Below the pieces are notes generated by a model, which did no database searches, was not told where the DNA came from, and saw only the letters and a list, made by a program, of their open reading frames with translations. Shown here piece by piece: positions 38,439-46,526 of a stretch of DNA of 64,000 nt. Every line of letters begins with the position of its first letter. Position 1 is the stretch's first letter. A program made the translations under genes and the position numbers. Source of the DNA: a virus; the IMG/VR virus record IMGVR_UViG_3300032236_000679, positions 1-64,000 of that record; one strand, 5' to 3'.

Positions 38439-40097
38439 TTAGCATTCGCCTACAAATGGTTCTGGTTCAACAGTTTTTATTGTTAGACTTGTATCGCTGT
38501 TAAACTTGTTAAACAATACTCTTGGCTGGCCGCCCCACAAAGAATTTAATACAGTGTAATCATTGTTCTGACCAAAATAACAAATCTGATTGCCAACATT
38601 ATTAGCAAACATATTCAACATCCAATCTTTAAACTCTGCTGGTTTACTTGCAGGATTGATCTGTAATATCAAAGCAACTGCTCCACATACTTGAGGACTT
38701 GCCATGCTTGTTCCTGATATACAACCTTGACGCCAATCGCCATCGAGATAGTAAGCAGCATCGCTGTAGCCTTCATCAGTGAATGTGTTTGTGTTAGATG
38801 TTGCGCTGTAGATAGCATATCCACAAGCATAAAGATCAACACCAGGTCCGCCTTCGCTAAAGTCTGCTTTCTGATCTAAAGTAGTACTCCACGGAGTTAG
38901 ATCTAAACAACCAACATTCAATGCTCTTGTGCTATAAGGGCTTGAACCACGATGATAAAAGACTGTAAGATACGAAGAAGAAGGTCCAGAGCCTATTAAT
39001 CTAAAGTAGTTATTATAGTCAGGACCACCAGGAACATCAATCTTAAGACCATCATTACCAGCAGCAATACAGATATGAATACCAGCGTCAATCATTTCGT
39101 CGATGATGCTGTCTAATGCTGGGTCTCTAAAACCAAATGTTCCAAATTCACCCATACCATATTCAGGATGAACTGTTTCTAAATCAGTCCAAACTGTTCC
39201 TCTATAACTACCACCGTTAATGAATGGTAGCCATTCTTCATAAGATCCGCCAAGCCCCCAACTCATATTAACAACAGTTGGATTCTTATAAACTGATTCT
39301 CCAATACTCTGTTTATTCCTATGCCAGCCAAGTATGAGATCTAATGCTTGATATGTTTCAATACCAGTGCCATTGCTGCTGAGATCATTTAACTTCATGC
39401 TGTAGATTGCTGCGTTATTTGCCCATCCAAATGTCTTACCAACAGCAGTACCAGCAACATGTGTGCCATGCCCGTCGATGTCAGTATAAAAGTTTGATGG
39501 CATTGACCCACTTATGTTAGCAGCATCATACCAATTAATTTCCATTACACGACTTGCGCCATTGGAATTTTGAAATTCAGGATGATCTACTTCAAGTCCT
39601 GTGTCTACAATGACAACATCAACATTAGAACCATCTAATGTGTATGTATATCCATTAGGAGCAGTAACCGTTGTGCCATAATTGTTACTAATACTATTAT
39701 GTCTTACAAGACCATAGTTTAGTTTATTACCAGTTGATACTGAATCATTTGCTGGTTTATCAAAGTTGCCAGTGCGTATTGCAGCAGGCTGTGGCTTAAA
39801 TCCAAGATGTGCTGCGGGAATAACAACACTGGCAATACGGCTGTCTTTGCGTAAGATATCTGCTTCAGCATCAGTTAACACATAATGACAACTGCGCTGG
39901 CTAAGTGGACGCTCGTTGACAAAACGAACAGGACGACTGGGAACGTGTCCGTCACCGTTAGAATCCTGTTCAATTTCTGTCCAAAAAGCATCATAATCAA
40001 CACCAGGGTTTAGACTTACAATGTATTCCTTACCATCACTATATGTAGGAATAGTTGGTATTGTTCGTAATTTTACACCTGATGTCTTCTTAATCAT
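38439..40097 (-). CDS. Subtilisin-like serine protease (peptidase S8) with N-terminal propeptide
   Basis: Catalytic triad motifs VVIVDTG, HGTHVAG, GTSMASP; oxyanion AAGN. Confidence 0.95.
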   Translation of the reverse strand: MIKKTSGVKLRTIPTIPTYSDGKEYIVSLNPGVDYDAFWTEIEQDSNGDGHVPSRPVRFVNERPLSQRSCHYVLTDAEADILRKDSRIASVVIPAAHLGFKPQPAAIRTGNFDKPANDSVSTGNKLNYGLVRHNSISNNYGTTVTAPNGYTYTLDGSNVDVVIVDTGLEVDHPEFQNSNGASRVMEINWYDAANISGSMPSNFYTDIDGHGTHVAGTAVGKTFGWANNAAIYSMKLNDLSSNGTGIETYQALDLILGWHRNKQSIGESVYKNPTVVNMSWGLGGSYEEWLPFINGGSYRGTVWTDLETVHPEYGMGEFGTFGFRDPALDSIIDEMIDAGIHICIAAGNDGLKIDVPGGPDYNNYFRLIGSGPSSSYLTVFYHRGSSPYSTRALNVGCLDLTPWSTTLDQKADFSEGGPGVDLYACGYAIYSATSNTNTFTDEGYSDAAYYLDGDWRQGCISGTSMASPQVCGAVALILQINPASKPAEFKDWMLNMFANNVGNQICYFGQNNDYTVLNSLWGGQPRVLFNKFNSDTSLTIKTVEPEPFVGEC

Positions 40098-40102
40098 CTA
40101 AA

Positions 40103-40612
40103 TTAACCTCTTGCTGCTAAAACTCTTGCTACTCTTGCTTCAGTGTGTGCTGTACGAGCAGCCTTTGCTGTTTCAGCACGAGCAACTGCTGCTGTTTTCT
40201 GTTCTGCTGTTGGATGAGTTTGACGACCTCTTACAGTCATGCTCGAAGCAATAGAACGTTCTGCGGCTGCTGATGTTCGTGTTGCTTTCCAGTTACTCTT
40301 GTTTTCAACTGCTTTTGCTGTTCTTGCTGCTTTGTCTAATGTTGGCTTCTTAAGTCTTGCGCCAAGAGCAGGATGTGCTTTTACTGCTGCAAGATCACCA
40401 ACTACTTCGTTATCAACAACAATCTGAGGAAGAGTAGTGTAGCCAGGTACTGCCGCAGCAACATCTGACTTTTTCCACTTGCCTTTATTGATATCTCTTA
40501 CTTCAACTTTTGCGCCTGTACGACGCAAAAGATTAGCAGCCTTGATTCCATCTTGATTTTCAGACGTAGTCCAGACTATAGCGGTCTTCTGTGGTGGTTT
40601 AGTTCTAATCAT
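40103..40612 (-). CDS. Glutaredoxin-fold protein lacking CxxC, fused to an Ala/Arg/Lys-rich tail
   Basis: IVWT...KAANLL...VEVRDI...VPG.TTLPQIVVD..VVG matches the Grx pattern; the protein contains no Cys. Confidence 0.65.
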   Translation of the reverse strand: MIRTKPPQKTAIVWTTSENQDGIKAANLLRRTGAKVEVRDINKGKWKKSDVAAAVPGYTTLPQIVVDNEVVGDLAAVKAHPALGARLKKPTLDKAARTAKAVENKSNWKATRTSAAAERSIASSMTVRGRQTHPTAEQKTAAVARAETAKAARTAHTEARVARVLAARG

Positions 40613-40625
40613 TTTTCAATCCTTA

Positions 40626-43600
40626 TTATGTCTGAATCATCCACTTATCTGTTTCAATCTTAAGGATTGTTACATAAGTGTCTGCTGGTACGCTGATGTT
40701 GTTGTCACTACCAAACTTGCTTAAGATAAGTGTGGTTGTTCCACTATCAACTGGAACAATATGTGTTGGACGATTAGTTCCAGTAACAAGAGTAACACAA
40801 GTTCCAATTGGGAAAGCAACAGCAGCATTTGTTGGAATTAACAAGTCTCCGCTTGTGTCTATCTTATAGATATGCTTGCCACGATCACTTAGTTGTAATG
40901 TATAATCATCACCTGAGTTCTGTAGATTCTGTGGCATGTCCTGATTTAGAACACTTGCATCGTCACTGTTAACAATGTCGCCGCCTGCTGGTAGTTTGAA
41001 CTTACCATTGTTTAGGAACTGCCATTGTGTAGTATTTGCTTGTAGCACAAGATCATAAACTTCGCCATTGTTTACAATGTCATCAGCATAGATACGAGCA
41101 GTATCATTACCAATTAACCAGAACCCAGCAACATCAATATGGCCGCTTGGCGGTAGAGTTAATTTGCCATCACGGTTGAAGTACCAGTAGTTATTAAATG
41201 TGTCGCCATCTCTGTAACCTGCTTGGATCACGAAGTCATATGCATCTGGTCCAATATTGTCAACAGGACCAATGTATGGGTAACCAACAGTGCCGTTACC
41301 CTGACCGATGGTCCAGTAACCGCCGATGTCAATGTCACTGCTGTCTGGAGCATATACTGTTCCACTATTATCGTCAGTGAACATCCAATCGAAACTACCC
41401 TGTGTAAGTGTTACACCATCGCTGTCAACATAAACATGACTGGTATCGTCCCAATGTATATGTACGCCACCACCTTGATTGACTGGAGCAAACATATTGT
41501 AGATTGTTAGTTCGTAACCATCTGTAGTATAGATATCTTGACCATCAAAATGAACATCGTCGATGTGATTATATCCATAGTAATCGTAGTAATTGTTTTG
41601 ATCCTCACCAATTGAGATATTTGGTGCTATGAATGTGCCATAGTAATCATCAAAGTAGAAATTGTTGTTAGCAGTTTCAATCCGAACGCTGGTTGCATGA
41701 TAGTAATCATCTGTGCTGGCATTATTACCGTATGGGTTTTGATATCCATTATATGAATAGATAGCAACTGTATGATTGCGAGCATTGTCACGAACACCAA
41801 GATACCATAAACCAGATCCTGGATTAATATTAATTCTACCAATGCCATAATCTTCTGCGCCATAGTAATCATATGGGCCTTGAGCAGCATCAGTTATGCT
41901 GGCAACAGTAACATCAAATGCGTCACCTAATGAGAGACTGTTAGTAATGCCTGGCAGGAATTCACTGTTATTTCTCAATGCGTTCTTATTGATGTCTAAT
42001 GCACCATAAGCACTTGCACCATTGTTCCAACCGTAATTGTATCTTGCATACTGTGTATATTTCCAATCTGTCATGTTAGTTGTGAAGTAAGCACGACTTG
42101 AATCATCGCCAGTAGCAACAAACTTGCCACCGCCATAGATTAGATTGTTGAGTGGATCACCGTGTGTATACTTGACAAGTGCTTGGAAATATAGATTTTG
42201 ATTATTGATTCTCTGATATAATGGATACTGTAATGTGATAGTATTTGTATCAGTATTGATAGCAGTAATGATGTTTGGCTCTTTCCAATCACCATTTCTA
42301 TCTTCAGAAGTAAGAACTGCATCATGACCGTAGATACGCTGACCAACAACAATGTTAGTTGTATCAGGAAGAACTAAGTGCGAATCACCTTTTTCGCCGT
42401 AACTCACATATTTCTCAACAATATTATATGCTGCAAAATTACTTGTATCCAATGGCTGAGTCTTTAACTTGTCGTGATAAAGATGGAAACTGTTACCAGC
42501 ATAATCATCCAACCACCATGTGCCATTTAGTTCAACAACATATGATCCACTGATAGTAACCTTCTCGCCGTTCCAATCTGTTTTTGGTCTGTCTCCCCAA
42601 ATAACATTACTAGTGCTTCCGTTTCCAAACTGAAGACCACCGTTTGTTTCTCTCTTAAGTTCAGTAATACCAGCATAAGCAGGTCCTGGAGTTACATAAT
42701 TCCAAGTTGTGCCCTGATCAGCAGTGTAGTAAACAACACCATAGTAATCACTAATGGCCATGTAGTTGACACCGCCAAGATCACCAGCAGCAATTTCATC
42801 AACACCATAGTAGTCACCTGTGCCAGGACCATCAAAGCCTGAGGCAAAATCAATACCACCAGTTACACCTTGCCAATCAATATCAGTCCATGAACCTTGA
42901 CGAGGATCAGCAGCAGTGTTACGATAGATTAGATTTGAGTTATAGTAAGCAAGCCATCCGTGTCCGTCAAACCATGCGCTCCAATCTGTAGCAGGCATAG
43001 TTGCAAAATAACTACCGCTGTTAAGAGCAGTTGTGATGCTTGTAATGTAGAAAGCACCTGGATTTAATCTGTTTGATCCATTCCAACTTGTATTATCTTG
43101 TTCATAGTTTAGTGTAAACAACCATCCAGATGAGCCATATGTAACACTGCTTATTCTCATACCGCCTGCTGTGGTTGGATGAGCAGTGTTCTGTGCATCA
43201 ACAATGTCTTTAACATAATCAAGATCGATGTTGATCTGTGTCCAAGTAGCACCATCTGCGCTGTAAGCAGCGATTGGATAGCGATAGTTATTACGAACTT
43301 CATCATAATACCAACCACCAGCAACAAAGTATCCGCCGCCAAATGACAGTGAGTTCCAATTAATATCTTCGCCATTTGGCCCACGACGTGTGATATCACT
43401 ATCTGGAGTTACTGCTGATTGATAAGGACTTGTGCCATAACGGATCTCAGCTCTGTTTGCTATATCGTCATAACCACGATATACAATTAAACCGTTGCCG
43501 ATAGCAATGCTGTTGACGCTCCAGCGATTTGAGTGATATGTTCCTGGACCACCTTGATTAACTGCCGAAGTCCAATTTATACCATCTTCACTGATTCTTG

Positions 43601-43814
43601 GCGCATTTGCGTAATAATCGTTAGTATTAACAAATACTGACTGTAAGCCACTTTCTTGAACTGTATAAGCAAGATCGTTCCAGGCTTTTACACCGTCACC
43701 AATCTTCATATTGTTAGTATCAAGTTCAACGCCGGGCTCACCTTGAGCAAGGACGGGATTAGTGCTTGCCCAGTTGCTTGACAAATCTCTTCTTAACTGT
43801 ATCTTTGTGGCCAT
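40626..43814 (-). CDS. Tail fibre / receptor-binding protein with Mtd N-terminal-like domain
   Basis: MATKIQLRRD...NW...NPVLAQGEPG.ELDT..MKIGDG...W..L.Y; aromatic-rich body. Confidence 0.7.
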   Translation of the reverse strand: MATKIQLRRDLSSNWASTNPVLAQGEPGVELDTNNMKIGDGVKAWNDLAYTVQESGLQSVFVNTNDYYANAPRISEDGINWTSAVNQGGPGTYHSNRWSVNSIAIGNGLIVYRGYDDIANRAEIRYGTSPYQSAVTPDSDITRRGPNGEDINWNSLSFGGGYFVAGGWYYDEVRNNYRYPIAAYSADGATWTQINIDLDYVKDIVDAQNTAHPTTAGGMRISSVTYGSSGWLFTLNYEQDNTSWNGSNRLNPGAFYITSITTALNSGSYFATMPATDWSAWFDGHGWLAYYNSNLIYRNTAADPRQGSWTDIDWQGVTGGIDFASGFDGPGTGDYYGVDEIAAGDLGGVNYMAISDYYGVVYYTADQGTTWNYVTPGPAYAGITELKRETNGGLQFGNGSTSNVIWGDRPKTDWNGEKVTISGSYVVELNGTWWLDDYAGNSFHLYHDKLKTQPLDTSNFAAYNIVEKYVSYGEKGDSHLVLPDTTNIVVGQRIYGHDAVLTSEDRNGDWKEPNIITAINTDTNTITLQYPLYQRINNQNLYFQALVKYTHGDPLNNLIYGGGKFVATGDDSSRAYFTTNMTDWKYTQYARYNYGWNNGASAYGALDINKNALRNNSEFLPGITNSLSLGDAFDVTVASITDAAQGPYDYYGAEDYGIGRININPGSGLWYLGVRDNARNHTVAIYSYNGYQNPYGNNASTDDYYHATSVRIETANNNFYFDDYYGTFIAPNISIGEDQNNYYDYYGYNHIDDVHFDGQDIYTTDGYELTIYNMFAPVNQGGGVHIHWDDTSHVYVDSDGVTLTQGSFDWMFTDDNSGTVYAPDSSDIDIGGYWTIGQGNGTVGYPYIGPVDNIGPDAYDFVIQAGYRDGDTFNNYWYFNRDGKLTLPPSGHIDVAGFWLIGNDTARIYADDIVNNGEVYDLVLQANTTQWQFLNNGKFKLPAGGDIVNSDDASVLNQDMPQNLQNSGDDYTLQLSDRGKHIYKIDTSGDLLIPTNAAVAFPIGTCVTLVTGTNRPTHIVPVDSGTTTLILSKFGSDNNISVPADTYVTILKIETDKWMIQT

Positions 43815-43843
43815 CTGAAAACTCCGTTATAGCATATTTATTG

Positions 43844-45403
43844 TTAGGCTTCGTTTCTTGTACGGGTGGCAACAAAAACATATGTGCCATCTTTATCGCA
43901 GGTCCAAATGTATCCGCCAATACCGCCTTCGTGAATGATTGTTCCTAAATCTTGTGTTGTTGAATCAGAATCTTTGCTGGTTCCTAAACGAGTAGCGACG
44001 CCGCCGCCACACAACCAAAGTTCAACTTGTCCATCAACATGATCATTGATTAATATTTGTCCAGAAAAACCTGAAAATTTCACAGTGTCTCCCATTAAAG
44101 CATTAACTGTTAAATTTCCTGCATCATAAGCATAATACAAAACCTCTGAGGTATTTGATATCATTGGCTTAACTGGTGTGGATGATATATGCGCTCCATT
44201 GGGTAATGTTAAAACGCCATCAATTCCAAAATTCCATTTCTGATCAATTTCTACTTGTAGACGAACATTGTCTGGATTTGGAACAACTACATATCCCCCA
44301 GCATTCGTATCACTACCAACTGTTAGTGCATAACGATATGGACTACTATCTACATAAGCATTATCACCTGCATCTTGTACTCGCAATAATAAATGTGTGC
44401 CATTTACCAACGGTGCAACTTTTGTAGGAACTGGATAAGTTGTTACTGATGGGTCATATGCAGCAGTATTAGTAATTCGTATACCTGCCATTGATCCTGC
44501 AAGATGATAGTTAGTATCATTCCACATACCAATTGCATTTGTAATGCCAGTAAACAGTGTTACATCATTAAAACTACCAACCTGTACTCCATTATACCAC
44601 ATGGTCATTGACCCAATTGTTCCGGGACCTGATTCGGCACCTTTTCTAACAAGTATTAAATGATGCCAGTTACCGTCCATGGTAGGAACAGTGAACTGTT
44701 GATTGCTACTACCGTTACAATCGACTGTTATTGTATTATTATTTGGATTTCCAACTCCTGCACCTGTGTACATGCTTAAGCCGCCGCCTGCTCCTGCTCC
44801 TAAGAAAGCATGTTGATTAGTTGCAGGATCATCAGTTAACTTGAAGAAAAATTCAATTGTAAATGAATTATATTTTGTTGGGCCAACTGCGAATCCATCA
44901 AATATTATATAACTGTTATTAGAATTAACAAAGTTAAACTTACTAACCTGATAATCAATTGAAGTTTTAATTGCTAAATCATTGTCAATGACACCTGCAA
45001 TATTATTTGCTACAGTTACATCACCATTTGGAAATTCAACACCAGTAGCACTAAATTGAGCAAAAGTAGTACCTTCTACGGAAACAATAACATCACCATT
45101 TTCACCAGGAATAGTCACGCCACTTGTTCCACTGGAAATATAATTATGTTCGTTATTGACCCAAGTTAAACTACCACTGCCATTAGTTTGCATTATTTGA
45201 TATGCTGCACCATCTGTAGAAGGAAATGTGTAAGGAAGACTAATACCACCTGAGTATGATAAATCAACCCATACATTAGCACCATCACCATACTTTACTT
45301 GATTAGTTGTGATATCTAACCCAGGCTCGCCGTCAGCAAGTATAGGATTTACTCTTTCCCAGTTTGCTGTTGTATCTCTTCTTAACTGAATCTTATTGGC
45401 CAT
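43844..45403 (-). CDS. Tail fibre protein with Mtd N-terminal-like and LamG/ConA-like domains
   Basis: MANKIQLRRD.TANW...NP.LADGEPG; FTIEFFF...WHHLILVR...WYNG...G.MAGIRIT..A.Y. Confidence 0.7.
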   Translation of the reverse strand: MANKIQLRRDTTANWERVNPILADGEPGLDITTNQVKYGDGANVWVDLSYSGGISLPYTFPSTDGAAYQIMQTNGSGSLTWVNNEHNYISSGTSGVTIPGENGDVIVSVEGTTFAQFSATGVEFPNGDVTVANNIAGVIDNDLAIKTSIDYQVSKFNFVNSNNSYIIFDGFAVGPTKYNSFTIEFFFKLTDDPATNQHAFLGAGAGGGLSMYTGAGVGNPNNNTITVDCNGSSNQQFTVPTMDGNWHHLILVRKGAESGPGTIGSMTMWYNGVQVGSFNDVTLFTGITNAIGMWNDTNYHLAGSMAGIRITNTAAYDPSVTTYPVPTKVAPLVNGTHLLLRVQDAGDNAYVDSSPYRYALTVGSDTNAGGYVVVPNPDNVRLQVEIDQKWNFGIDGVLTLPNGAHISSTPVKPMISNTSEVLYYAYDAGNLTVNALMGDTVKFSGFSGQILINDHVDGQVELWLCGGGVATRLGTSKDSDSTTQDLGTIIHEGGIGGYIWTCDKDGTYVFVATRTRNEA

Positions 45404-45404
45404 A

Positions 45405-46487
45405 TTATGCTCCGCCACCGTTTAGTGTATTAGTGTAAGTGCTTCCTGCACCTGCGCCATCAAATACAGTGTCTGATGGTCCAAATCTACTGCTGCCAAA
45501 TCCACCATCAGCAAACAGCAGTCCAGCCTCGTAGATGGAATATGCGCCGCCGCCATCAATATCAATATTTTGTAGTGTGATTGACTGCCCTGCTAGTAAG
45601 TTATTGTTGTCTGTTAGCTGACTGATGTCTGTTGGAACTTCAGTGAACCATGCTGCTCTAACACCGTCAGCACGTTGAAATGCGCCACCTTGTGGTAGTC
45701 TTACGTTTTGATTCTCTGCTGTTCTAAGTAATGTTTCCCAAACACCGTTAATATATGCTTGAATTTCCTGTAGAGCAGGATTTAATAATATGTCGCCAGG
45801 CTTCCCAAGTACATTTCCAGGAAATACGCTGGCAAGGTTCAATGGACTGTTAACAATATTAACACGATTTAAAGCATTTAAGTTTAAGTCTGTTGTACTA
45901 TTGAATTCAGGAATACCCGTTGCAGTTGAACTTATTGTTCCTGGGATTACTGTATTACCGTTTGGATAAAGTCTTACAGTATAATCACCTGCTATGAGTT
46001 CACTAGCAATTTCTGCTCCACCAACTGCAATACCATCCACATATAAAGTACCAGAATCAGCAGTAAGTGCAACACCATTGATATTAACATTGCTATCAAC
46101 TGATACATTACCTGCTGCTATATTAGCAAACATAACATCGTCAGTTGTGTTTAATGATTGATCAAAAGTACTTCCAGAGCCATCACCCGACAATGTACCG
46201 TCAACATATAGTTTACCATCAACAACTGTTACCTCATGACTATCCAATGACAGTCCTGTAGTAGTTAAATTACCTACTGTAACATTGCCGGTAATAAAAA
46301 CAGGATGAGTTTCATTTAATCCGGCAATAGTTTGATCAATAACGTAAAGATTACCAAGATTGAAATTACCAGTGCCAGGAGTTCCTGCTGCGTTCCATTT
46401 AACACCATCCCAAATATAAGTTACACCATTTGGTGCTTCGTAGGGAGTTCCTACTGTTTGAGGCTGCGAAGGAAATACTAATGCCAT
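45405..46487 (-). CDS. Virion structural / fibre-associated protein
   Basis: MALVFP...NG.TY.WDG.KW start, FDQSLNTTDDV.F and NIDIDGG motifs. Confidence 0.6.
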   Translation of the reverse strand: MALVFPSQPQTVGTPYEAPNGVTYIWDGVKWNAAGTPGTGNFNLGNLYVIDQTIAGLNETHPVFITGNVTVGNLTTTGLSLDSHEVTVVDGKLYVDGTLSGDGSGSTFDQSLNTTDDVMFANIAAGNVSVDSNVNINGVALTADSGTLYVDGIAVGGAEIASELIAGDYTVRLYPNGNTVIPGTISSTATGIPEFNSTTDLNLNALNRVNIVNSPLNLASVFPGNVLGKPGDILLNPALQEIQAYINGVWETLLRTAENQNVRLPQGGAFQRADGVRAAWFTEVPTDISQLTDNNNLLAGQSITLQNIDIDGGGAYSIYEAGLLFADGGFGSSRFGPSDTVFDGAGAGSTYTNTLNGGGA

Positions 46488-46526
46488 TTTAATTCCTAAT
46501 AGTTATATTTATTCTGAAAGATATTA

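Noticed and set aside
40626-45403. Diversity-generating retroelement suggested by Mtd-like N-termini
   Set aside because: No reverse transcriptase, and no template/variable repeat pair differing at adenines, was seen in the window.
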